From the NCBI GenBank assembly GCA_047602425.1, contig JASGHG010000001.1, forward strand, positions 544,001 to 608,000: DNA of 64,000 nucleotides, read 5' to 3'. The DNA comes from Nibricoccus sp. GTDB taxonomy: Bacteria > Verrucomicrobiota > Verrucomicrobiia > Opitutales > Opitutaceae. Below, piece by piece: positions 55,781-64,000 of the stretch. Both the position numbers and the translations under genes were made by a program. How positions within the stretch are numbered: the first letter of the stretch is position 1; every line of letters starts with the position of its first letter. Under the pieces are notes generated by a model. That model saw only the letters and a program-made list of their open reading frames with translations. It had not been told where the DNA came from and searched no databases.

Positions 55781-56464
55781 ATGAAAAACTCCTCGCGTTT
55801 CTCCCTGTCCTCCCGTCGTCAAACTGGATTTAGCCTTGTCGAAATGATCGGTGTGCTGGCGATCATCGCCGTGCTCGCCGTCATCATCGTTCCCAAGGTA
55901 TTCTCCACCATAGCCGCAGCCCGCATCACCAGCGCGGCCAGCTCGGTTGGAGCGGTAAAAACGGCCATCGCCGATTTCGCCGGCAAATATGGGACAATTC
56001 CTCTTACAACCAATAACTCTCGTATCGATGATCTGCTCTTCACCGATGGTCTGATGGAAGGTCGCTTCGTCGTGAAGATCGGCACCCAACCCGCCAATCC
56101 ACCAATCACAGGCGCGACTTGGACACGCGCCGGTGGCGCTTGGAATGAAAACGGTGGCGCCGCTCAGACGACGCAGTCGCGGGTCATTTGCGTAGCATCG
56201 AATCCCGGTGCCGCACCGTCTGCAGCTGCAGGAGCAAATTTTAGACTGACTGGTCTAGCTACGGCCAACCTCCCAGCAGGTGCCCGCGTCGTCTCCGCCG
56301 TGCTCGTGAACGTAACGAGCAACGAAGCCCGCGAAGTAAGTCTGCGCATTGATGGAGAAGCCCTCAGCGCAGGTCTGAATGCCGCGGATAACCTCGGCAA
56401 GGTAGCCTACGCCGCGCCCGTCGCTGGTTTAACCACTGTCTACATCTATATCGCCCACCAATAA
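55781..56464 (+). CDS. Type IV pilin-like protein (probable major pilin/pseudopilin)
   Basis: Class III signal: RRQTG|FSLVEMIGVLAIIAVL...P. Confidence 0.88.
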   Translation: MKNSSRFSLSSRRQTGFSLVEMIGVLAIIAVLAVIIVPKVFSTIAAARITSAASSVGAVKTAIADFAGKYGTIPLTTNNSRIDDLLFTDGLMEGRFVVKIGTQPANPPITGATWTRAGGAWNENGGAAQTTQSRVICVASNPGAAPSAAAGANFRLTGLATANLPAGARVVSAVLVNVTSNEAREVSLRIDGEALSAGLNAADNLGKVAYAAPVAGLTTVYIYIAHQ

Positions 56465-56505
56465 TCGCCCAGTCGGCCGTCCTCCAAGGATTTTGCAGGT
56501 TTTGT

Positions 56506-56539
56506 GAACCGGGCCGGTGTGACAACGCCAGCTCGGTTC
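56506..56539 (+). other. Long hairpin between pilin and ATPase genes
   Basis: GAACCGGGC-C-GGTGT-GACA-ACGCC-A-GCTCGGTTC, no U-tract. Confidence 0.5.
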
Positions 56540-56548
56540 CGTGTATAA

Positions 56549-58288
56549 ATGTCCACCGCGAAAATCATCAACCCCGACGGAGAAAAGCCAGTCGATCTGG
56601 CGCGACTGCAATTTGGCCTTCTTTTCGAAAAGTCGCCCACCAAACGACTCGGCGATCGTCTCGTCGAGGCCGGTCTGATCACCCCGCAACAGCTGGAACT
56701 CGCCATACGCGAACAAAAGCGTTCGGGGCTTTTGATGGGCGCGGTGATTCAGAAGTTGGGTCTGGCGACGGAGGAGGATATTTCTCTTTTCCTCGCGCAG
56801 GATTCGCAAACCCCAACCATTGACGTCCTAAAAATCGAGACGGTACCCGAGACCATCGCGCTCGTGCCATACGAATTTTGCAAGGAGGCCGCCATCCTGC
56901 CCTACCGTCACACGCGGGATACGATCACGTTGATCATGGCCGACCCGTTCGATGTGGTGGCCATCGATCGCGTCGAGCAGATGACGCGTTTCAAAGTCGA
57001 CGTCCTCACCGCGCCAAAAGCCAACATTCTCGAAAAGCTCGCCTCCTGCCATGAGCGCGAAGGCTCGCTCGATCAGACAATCGACGAGCTGATGAAAATC
57101 AGCGAGCACAAGCGCGGCGACGACACCTCCGCTCCGATCATTCGCGCCATCGAGCAGATTATCGGCGCCGCGGTGCGAAAATCCGCCAGCGACATCCATT
57201 TCGAACCCGACGAAAAATCGCTGCGCATCCGCATGCGCACCGACGGCATCATGCAGTCCTCCATGCTCGTGCCCAAGGATCTGCAGGATCCTTTTATCGC
57301 GCGCATCAAGGTCATGGCCAACCTCGATGTTTCTGAAACCCGCCTTCCGCAGGACGGCCGTTTCAGTTTCGCACTCGGCCGTCGCGAATTGAATTTCCGC
57401 GTGTCGTGCCTGCCAACCAGCTATGGCGAAAGCGTCGTGCTCCGCATTCTCGATAGCGGCAATCTCCTGCGCAGCATCCGCTCGCTCGGCCTGCGCAAGA
57501 AGGAGGAGGAATGCCTGGGCAGCGCCGTCAACATGCCCCACGGCATTGTCCTCGTCACCGGTCCAACTGGTAGTGGGAAAACCACTACGCTCTACACCGC
57601 CCTTAATGGCGTGAATCGCACCGAGCGCTCCGTCTTCACCCTGGAGGATCCGATCGAATACCGCCTGCCCCAGATCCGCCAGACCCAGATCAACGAAAAA
57701 ATCGGCCTCACCTTCGGCAACGGTCTGCGCACGCTCCTCCGCCAGGACCCCGACGTCATTCTCGTGGGCGAAACGCGCGACACCGAGACCGCCCAGCTCA
57801 TGGTGCGCGCCGCCCTCACCGGCCATCTGGTTTTCAGTTCGCTCCACACGAATGACTCCATCAGCGCCGTTCCCCGTTTGATCGACCTTGGGGTCGAACC
57901 TTTTCTTTTGCCCGCAACGCTGCGGCTGATTATTGCGCAACGCTTGGTTCGTCGTCTTTGTCCGACCTGCCGCGAACCGCTGGTCAATCCGCGCGAACAT
58001 CTCCACACGTTCAACATCCCCGTTTCCGACAACGAAGAGCCGAAACTATGGCGTCCGCGCGGCTGTCCGGAGTGCCGCCAGCAGGGCTACAAGGGCCGCG
58101 TGGCTATCTTCGAAATTTTCGAAGTCGACGACGATTACCATCCCCTGCTCACCAGCGGAAACGTCGAAAAAATGCAGGCTCTCGCACGTGAAAAAGGCAT
58201 GGCCCGCCTCTTCGACGATGGCCTGCGTCGCGCCTACGCCGGCGACACATCGTTGGAGGAAGTCCTGCGCGTCGCCTTCTCTCACTGA
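56549..58288 (+). CDS. GspE/PilB/MshE family assembly ATPase with MshEN-type N-terminus
   Basis: ASDIHFEP, RLPQDGR, GPTGSGKTTTLY, LEDPIEY, LRQDPD, TGHLV, CPTC...CPEC; N-terminal RLGDRLVEAGLI....LELAIREQ. Confidence 0.94.
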   Translation: MSTAKIINPDGEKPVDLARLQFGLLFEKSPTKRLGDRLVEAGLITPQQLELAIREQKRSGLLMGAVIQKLGLATEEDISLFLAQDSQTPTIDVLKIETVPETIALVPYEFCKEAAILPYRHTRDTITLIMADPFDVVAIDRVEQMTRFKVDVLTAPKANILEKLASCHEREGSLDQTIDELMKISEHKRGDDTSAPIIRAIEQIIGAAVRKSASDIHFEPDEKSLRIRMRTDGIMQSSMLVPKDLQDPFIARIKVMANLDVSETRLPQDGRFSFALGRRELNFRVSCLPTSYGESVVLRILDSGNLLRSIRSLGLRKKEEECLGSAVNMPHGIVLVTGPTGSGKTTTLYTALNGVNRTERSVFTLEDPIEYRLPQIRQTQINEKIGLTFGNGLRTLLRQDPDVILVGETRDTETAQLMVRAALTGHLVFSSLHTNDSISAVPRLIDLGVEPFLLPATLRLIIAQRLVRRLCPTCREPLVNPREHLHTFNIPVSDNEEPKLWRPRGCPECRQQGYKGRVAIFEIFEVDDDYHPLLTSGNVEKMQALAREKGMARLFDDGLRRAYAGDTSLEEVLRVAFSH

Positions 58289-58293
58289 CGACC

Positions 58294-59493
58294 ATGAGCA
58301 TGTTTCGATATCGTGCCTATAATGCGACTGGGGAGATCGTCCACGGCGCCATCGAGGCCGAGAGTGTGATCGTGGCGGAAAACCGGTTGCGTGCGTCCGG
58401 CATTTGGTTGCTTGAAGCTCGCGAAGGCACGGCGGTTCAAGCCGGCGAAACGCACAACGTCGCCGTCAAGCGTGGCGACCTCATTAATTTCTTTGTGCAG
58501 ATGACGCTTCTGCTGCGCGCCGGCATTCCGATCCCCAATGCAATCGGGCGGCTCGCCGAAGACGCCGAAGGAACACGACTCGGCACGGTCCTCTCCACCG
58601 TCAGCGAACAACTCACACTCGGCGTGCAACTCCATCAGGCGCTCGCCATGTTTCCGCGCAGTTTTCCGCCGCAAGTCGTCGCCATTGTCCACGCCGGCGA
58701 AGTAAGCGGCCATCTCCCCGAATCTTTCGAAGGGTTAAGTAGTTATTACGAATGGTTAGACCGATTGGTCAGCGAAATCCGCCAGGCGCTTATTTATCCG
58801 CTTATGGTGACCGGCGCGGCGTTCGCCCTCGTTATCCTGTTGTTCACTTTTATCGTGCCGCGTTTTGTCAGCCTCCTGACGGAGCTTTCGCTCAGCGTGC
58901 CGACGGTCACCCGCATTACGATCGCGATCAGCAATCTTCTGATCCATGGCTGGCCCTTCATCATCGGTGGCGGCATCGCCTTGTGGGTCGGAATAAAAAT
59001 GGCGCTGCGCGTTCCCCGCTACGCCCAAAAATTCGACCGGGCGCTGATGAAGCTTCCGATTTTCGGCGAACTCATTGCGATGTTCGCACTGTCCCGCTTC
59101 ACGCAGAACCTCGCCATGCTCTACAAGAGCGGCATCACGCTGCTGCGCGGTTTGGAAATTTGCAAAAAACTCGTCGGTAATCACGCCATCGAACAAGCCA
59201 TCGACGAAGTGCGAACGGCCGTTTCTGAAGGCACGCCGTTCAGCAAGAGCCTCGCCAAACACGACGTTTTTCCCCCGACCGTCGTGACCATGATTTCGAC
59301 CGGCGAAACCTCCGGCACCCTCGATGTCGCGCTGCAAAGCGTGGCCGATTTCTACAACAAAATCATCCCACGCCGCATCAAGGTGGTCTTCGCCATCTTC
59401 GATCCAGTGATCATGCTTTCGCTGATCGGCATCGTCGGTTTCGTGGCCATGGCGGTGATTCTTCCCATCCTCCAATTGTGGAACGCGCGATGA
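58294..59493 (+). CDS. GspF/PilC/MshG family inner-membrane platform protein
   Basis: FRYRAYNATG...GAIEA, AGIPI, AGEVSG.L, ALIYP, TGETSG.L. Confidence 0.92.
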   Translation: MSMFRYRAYNATGEIVHGAIEAESVIVAENRLRASGIWLLEAREGTAVQAGETHNVAVKRGDLINFFVQMTLLLRAGIPIPNAIGRLAEDAEGTRLGTVLSTVSEQLTLGVQLHQALAMFPRSFPPQVVAIVHAGEVSGHLPESFEGLSSYYEWLDRLVSEIRQALIYPLMVTGAAFALVILLFTFIVPRFVSLLTELSLSVPTVTRITIAISNLLIHGWPFIIGGGIALWVGIKMALRVPRYAQKFDRALMKLPIFGELIAMFALSRFTQNLAMLYKSGITLLRGLEICKKLVGNHAIEQAIDEVRTAVSEGTPFSKSLAKHDVFPPTVVTMISTGETSGTLDVALQSVADFYNKIIPRRIKVVFAIFDPVIMLSLIGIVGFVAMAVILPILQLWNAR

Positions 59494-60353
59494 AAACAGG
59501 AATTCCACAACCACGCGCAAACCGGGAATCCGCTTTCACCCTGCTCGAAATGATCGGCGTGATCGCGGTCATGGCGATTCTCGCGGCTGCGGTCGCGCCC
59601 AACGCCCTGCGCACCCTCGACCGCAGCGCCGTACGCACCGAGGCCGCCACGCTTCGCAGCGTCGGTGAACAGGTGAAAATTTTCCTCAAAACAAATGGTT
59701 GGCCCCCGGGCTTGAATCCAAACCTCGGCGCCCGCCTCTCGTGGGATCAGGATCTTCGCACCTTTACCGATATCAGTCCGGCCGATCTGCTCACCAATAA
59801 ACGACAAATCAACCGTTCCTATATTTACGAACCCGGCGCGTCTCCTCGGCGAGTACTCATCCTCTCGAGCATGCGCGTGGGTCTCCCTCTCCCCACCGCT
59901 GCCAATCTGAACACAACGGCCCTTTTCGACAATGTCTGGAATACAGCGGATGGTTCGGTTCCTCCGGCCGGCCAGAGTTGGGCGGGCTGGGCCGCGTGGC
60001 GTGCGATCCTTAATGGCACAGCCGGTGAATATCTCGTAATCGAACGCGTCAACCTCGCGCCAATCTACAATACCGAGCTGCAAAATCTCACCTTCGTGCT
60101 TAACAACCGAGGGACCGCTCAGGTCAGTTATAGTTTCATCCTGGCCGATGGAACAACCCAAGGTCCGTTCAACCTCGCGGCGCCCATCGCTCCCGCGACT
60201 AATAATGGCATCAACGTCACCTGTCGGCCGCGAGACCGAATCAATCTCTTCCGTCCTGGCCCCATTCTCGATTATAGCTACGTCGTTCCAACCGGCTCAA
60301 GCGGCCGCACCTTCGATTTCAACAATGCCACCAACTGGGTGCCCCAACCATGA
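59490..60353 (+). CDS. Minor pilin/pseudopilin
   Basis: RESA|FTLLEMIGVIAVMAIL...P; ATGA coupling to both neighbours. Confidence 0.82.
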   Translation: MKTGIPQPRANRESAFTLLEMIGVIAVMAILAAAVAPNALRTLDRSAVRTEAATLRSVGEQVKIFLKTNGWPPGLNPNLGARLSWDQDLRTFTDISPADLLTNKRQINRSYIYEPGASPRRVLILSSMRVGLPLPTAANLNTTALFDNVWNTADGSVPPAGQSWAGWAAWRAILNGTAGEYLVIERVNLAPIYNTELQNLTFVLNNRGTAQVSYSFILADGTTQGPFNLAAPIAPATNNGINVTCRPRDRINLFRPGPILDYSYVVPTGSSGRTFDFNNATNWVPQP

Positions 60354-61939
60354 GCGACCAGGACGAAATTTCTCGCTTGCTAGCTGAGGCCGCTGCCCAA
60401 ACGGAAGCCGAGCCGCCGCGTACCCAGTCTCCGGATGTACCCACGGCTCTGCCACCCGAACCAGCCCAATTCGCCACACCGGCGTCTGCCCCGGCTCCGG
60501 TCCAGGAACCAGCCGTCATCCGCAAAAACCCATCCAAACTTGGTGCGCGCAACAGCGATCTCCTTGGCTTCGCCTGGCTCAATGGCTCCCTGGATGCCGC
60601 GGTGTTTCACCGTCAAAAAATGACCCGGAGCTGGTCCTGCCCCACGCCCGTGAAAACGGTCGCGGAATTTGAGGCGGTGCTCGACGACGCCCTGACCCAG
60701 CTGGAGTTCGCCGGCAGCGAGACATTTTTGCTGCTCGAAAACGAAGTCTTTCAACACCAGGCCGACGATATTCCCATCTTTGCCGAGAATGCGTTGAAGA
60801 ATTATTTGAAAAGCCGCATCCACCGTCACGAAGCCGAACAGGGCCGCGTGCTTTGGGTGATGCAGCCGCTGATCGCGATGAAACAGGAACAGTCGATCCT
60901 GCTGCATCTGCTGCCCAGGAGTTTTTATACCGAGCTGCACCGCGTGTTGCTCAAACGCCACTTGGACCTCACCCGCATTATTCCCCTGGTTGTTCCGCTT
61001 CAATACGAGCTGAACCGCATCCCTGCGGGAAAAAACACTACGGTTGTGATTGCGGCCGAAGTGGGCACCAGCACGGCCGTCGTAGCAGGGCGTGTCGGCG
61101 GTCCGCTCCTTTTCTCCAGAACCATTCTTGCTGATCTAAACAAGGAACCCGGCCGCGTTGGCGTGGAGGTCAACCGTTCGTTGCTTTACACTAAGCAACA
61201 CTTCGAATCGGTTGCCGCGTCGATCTGGCTCATGGCGCAAAAAGGCGTTTCCGCCGCTTCCGAGCTCCAGGCCAAATGCGGCCCCGGTAAAAAAGTCGTC
61301 GCTCTTCCCGCTACCCCAATCGACTGGTTGCAGACCACCGTGAAACTTTCGCCAAAACAACCGGTGAATCTGCTTTCCCGCTACCTGAAGACGAAGCAGC
61401 GCAACCAGTTTATCCGTGGCGGATTCCTGATCGTGGTCTGGCTCTGGCTGGCCCTGATGATTTCGAATCAGTTCCAATCCTCCGTCGCCTGGCACGCCGA
61501 GAGGGATCAACTCTTCGCCCTGCGGGAACGTGAACCGGCTTTGCACGCCGAGCGCGAGCGGCTTGCCCTCCGCAACCGTGAAACAGAACGCAATCTGAAC
61601 TTTGCGGATCGCGTGACCGCGGATCGCCTGCCCCCGGTTCCGGCCCGCCTTCTCGGCTTCGTCGCCGGACTGCTTCCGGAAAGCGCGCGCTTGGCCGAGT
61701 TCAATGTGCGCTGGGACACCGAGGCCAGCTCATGGATTTTTCAGTTCAGCGGATCGATCGAAGCCGACGACGAAACAGCCCGCACATTGATCGCAAGTTT
61801 GCAGGACCAACTCGCTCGAAGCCCGCTGCGAATTCGCTTCAACGAAACCGCGCGCGTCCTGATGCCGGCGCCAAGCGCTTCGCCCGGCGCCCCCGAAATA
61901 CAACGTTTCAATTTGGAGGGCACGCTCTTTGAAAAATAA
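60350..61939 (+). CDS. PilM/PilN- or GspL/MshI-like alignment protein
   Basis: Large cytoplasmic region, VNLL motif before a TM helix, coiled coil, ferredoxin-like C-terminus; operon position. Confidence 0.6.
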   Translation: MSDQDEISRLLAEAAAQTEAEPPRTQSPDVPTALPPEPAQFATPASAPAPVQEPAVIRKNPSKLGARNSDLLGFAWLNGSLDAAVFHRQKMTRSWSCPTPVKTVAEFEAVLDDALTQLEFAGSETFLLLENEVFQHQADDIPIFAENALKNYLKSRIHRHEAEQGRVLWVMQPLIAMKQEQSILLHLLPRSFYTELHRVLLKRHLDLTRIIPLVVPLQYELNRIPAGKNTTVVIAAEVGTSTAVVAGRVGGPLLFSRTILADLNKEPGRVGVEVNRSLLYTKQHFESVAASIWLMAQKGVSAASELQAKCGPGKKVVALPATPIDWLQTTVKLSPKQPVNLLSRYLKTKQRNQFIRGGFLIVVWLWLALMISNQFQSSVAWHAERDQLFALREREPALHAERERLALRNRETERNLNFADRVTADRLPPVPARLLGFVAGLLPESARLAEFNVRWDTEASSWIFQFSGSIEADDETARTLIASLQDQLARSPLRIRFNETARVLMPAPSASPGAPEIQRFNLEGTLFEK

Positions 61940-62558
61940 ACTGCGCAGCTTCGCCGTCGATTGTTGGCACATCCTCACCGAAGTGCCGGGCTGGCCCGAT
62001 GCGCCCCGCCAACTCCGTCTTCGACGTCTACTTCCTGCCGTCGTTCCCGTGGCCGCCATCGTGCTCCTCTTCCTCTGGAATCTGGCATGGAATGGCCCGC
62101 GTATCCAAAATCAAAGGACAACGTTTCAACCTCTACTCGCGCTCCAGCAGGAGGTCGCTGATCTGCAGCTCGCCAGTAGCGACACGAAGGCGATAGAAGC
62201 CGCCACACGCGCTTCGGAAGCCGCCAACATGCTCCTCGCACAACCTAAACAGCTTGTGCCCGTACTCGACGAACTGGCGCGAACAGCGCGAGCCAAGGGT
62301 TGGGATGCCACTTTCCAAGCGTTGCCCACGCCAGCCACACCACAACCGGAGGCCCTCCTGCAGTACGTTACCGCCCGCGGCAAACTGGCTCCGACGCCGG
62401 GAAATGCGCAATCGTTTGCCTCACTGCTGGTTCTCCTCGAGCAGTTTTCGCCGCCCAACCGGTCGATTGACCTAACCCGCCTGTCCATTCGTGCCGATGA
62501 ACAGGGCAAGCTCACCGCCGAGGTCTTCCTCCGCGCGGGCTGCCGGATTCCCCAATGA
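61929..62558 (+). CDS. PilO/GspM/MshJ-like protein
   Basis: TM helix, coiled coil, F..L..LLEQ C-terminal pattern; operon position. Confidence 0.55.
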   Translation: MKNKLRSFAVDCWHILTEVPGWPDAPRQLRLRRLLPAVVPVAAIVLLFLWNLAWNGPRIQNQRTTFQPLLALQQEVADLQLASSDTKAIEAATRASEAANMLLAQPKQLVPVLDELARTARAKGWDATFQALPTPATPQPEALLQYVTARGKLAPTPGNAQSFASLLVLLEQFSPPNRSIDLTRLSIRADEQGKLTAEVFLRAGCRIPQ

Positions 62559-63085
62559 GAAAGCTGCTCAATAAACCCTGGTTCGTCATCGCCATGTCCC
62601 TCCTCGCGGTCGGGCTTGCGTGGTCGTCGCTGCGGCCGGCGGATGGCAGTAGCTCGGGACAAACCGCGGCTCTTTCCACCGAACCAATCGACACACCAAT
62701 GGATCAACCGCTGCCCGGCGGTGCCGCGATCAGCACGACGCCGGCCGAGGCGTTGAAACAACTCATCATTTCCAAAACGCCGCGCGATCCCTTTGCCTCC
62801 CGCGAGGCCCAGGCGACCGCTTCGGCCGAGCCGGCCGAGCAGGTGCCCGACCTGCTGGACACCCTTCGACTAACCGGCGTTCTGACCCAAAACGGCGTCA
62901 CCTTTCTGCTGATCAACGACCGCGTCGCCCAGGTTGGCGAAACCATCGGCCGCCTCAAAATCGAATCCGCCAATCAGGACGGAGTCTGGTTAACCCACTG
63001 GAAAGGCCGCGATTTCCTTGAGGTCGGCAAAAGCTTTGTTCTGAAAACCCCGGCCCGCATGCAGCTCCCGGCATCCACTCCGTGA
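62555..63085 (+). CDS. PilP/GspC/MshK-like protein
   Basis: TM anchor, PRDPF, LRLTGVL...LLINDRV..VGETI. Confidence 0.65.
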   Translation: MRKLLNKPWFVIAMSLLAVGLAWSSLRPADGSSSGQTAALSTEPIDTPMDQPLPGGAAISTTPAEALKQLIISKTPRDPFASREAQATASAEPAEQVPDLLDTLRLTGVLTQNGVTFLLINDRVAQVGETIGRLKIESANQDGVWLTHWKGRDFLEVGKSFVLKTPARMQLPASTP

Positions 63086-63090
63086 ATACC

Positions 63091-64000
63091 ATGAATGCTC
63101 GAATATCGCTCACGACAACTTTCCTGACTGCCTTCGCCCTGGCTGTTGCACCCCTTACGTGGGGACAGAACGCTGCCGAACCCTCTCCAACCGCCAGCAT
63201 CATCTCCAGCGCCGGCGCCACCGAACCCACGGCAAATTTCAGCTTCAATGCCAGCGGTGTCCCGATCAAGCAGGCGCTCGCACTCTTCGCCCGGGCCAAC
63301 AATCTGAACATCGTCCCCGACCTCGACATCGAAGGCGAAGTCACGGTGGATTTTCGCGACCTGCCGCTCGACCTTGCGATGGGCGCAATCCTTGAGGCCA
63401 ACGGTTATTATTTTACCCGCGAGGGACGTTTGCTGCGCGTGCGCAATCGTGAATCGCGACTTTTCCACATCGATTATATTCACACCACCCGCACCGGCCA
63501 GGGTTCGAGTGCGGTCCAGATCAGCTCCGGAGCAAACGGAGCCGGCGGCGGAAGCAGCGGAGGAGGCGGTTCGAGCGGCGGTGGTGGTGGCGCAAGCGGT
63601 GGTTTGGGTACCGAAGGCTCAATCATGACGGTCACCAACAACTCCACGATCGATTTTTGGAAGGACCTTTCCGAACAGCTCAAGTCCATGGTCTCGGCCA
63701 AGGGTACTTTCACGATCAACAGCCTGTCCGGCACCGTTCTCGTCAACGATTCTCATCGCAATATTGAAACGATTGCGGAGTACCTCGGCAGCGTGACCAA
63801 GAACATCGTTCGCCAGGTCGATCTGGAAGTTGAAATCTACGAAATCGCCCTCGGTAAATCCGCTCAACTCGGCATTAATTGGCAGCGCATTTCGGAAACG
63901 CTCGATACCACCTTCAATACTATTCCCGGGCAGCTTACTCTCGGCAATGGAGGTGGATTGATTGTGCAAACTCCGCTTTTTGGTCCCACGCCCGGCGACC
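63091..64000 (+). CDS. Secretin, MshL-type architecture, 5' part; runs off the window
   Basis: Manual translation: signal peptide, FSFNASGVPIKQAL...NIVPD.DI.G.VT, F.IDYI..TR.G + Gly/Ser tract, DFWKDL...L, INSLSGTVLV.D, RQV.LEV.IYEI.L.....LGINW. Confidence 0.87.
   Translation, partial: MNARISLTTTFLTAFALAVAPLTWGQNAAEPSPTASIISSAGATEPTANFSFNASGVPIKQALALFARANNLNIVPDLDIEGEVTVDFRDLPLDLAMGAILEANGYYFTREGRLLRVRNRESRLFHIDYIHTTRTGQGSSAVQISSGANGAGGGSSGGGGSSGGGGGASGGLGTEGSIMTVTNNSTIDFWKDLSEQLKSMVSAKGTFTINSLSGTVLVNDSHRNIETIAEYLGSVTKNIVRQVDLEVEIYEIALGKSAQLGINWQRISETLDTTFNTIPGQLTLGNGGGLIVQTPLFGPTPGD

Overview
High-GC bacterial chromosome segment. Gene content and style suggest Verrucomicrobiota, probably Opitutaceae (inference, not a database result). 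Left end (1-8.2 kb): an AT-richer surface-polysaccharide locus (AsnB-like amidotransferase, methyltransferases, GT11, frameshifted flippase, two NDP-sugar epimerases) headed by a GbsR/MarR-like regulator. Next come a VIT-vWA protein with a PEP-CTERM-like tail and a neighbouring, apparently split exosortase; ftsY-nusB-ribH; two tandem pectate lyases (PL9, PL1) sharing a near-identical unrecognised ~210-aa N-terminal module and poly-Ser linkers; ribB fused to a degenerate GTP cyclohydrolase II domain; a hybrid kinase; an ECF sigma triad; leuA with a candidate leader peptide; a GH65-like hydrolase; rlmN; metF; a GlyGly-CTERM metalloprotease; nupC; ydbH/ynbE/ydbL; an ankyrin protein; eno; a four-gene signalling operon with degenerate HD-GYP regulators; and a divergent MSH/T2SS-like pilus cluster running off the right end. 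No rRNA, tRNA, CRISPR array or transposase was recognised. The most unusual layer is non-coding: several small repeat families (GTAG REP-like hairpins, ~125-bp inverted-arm units with unrelated cores, 10-bp and 7-bp periodic arms, a covarying 21-bp palindrome, an exact 21-bp-period degenerate array). Some of these lie inside coding sequences or supply stop codons. All calls are by-eye motif recognition, and start codons are best guesses.
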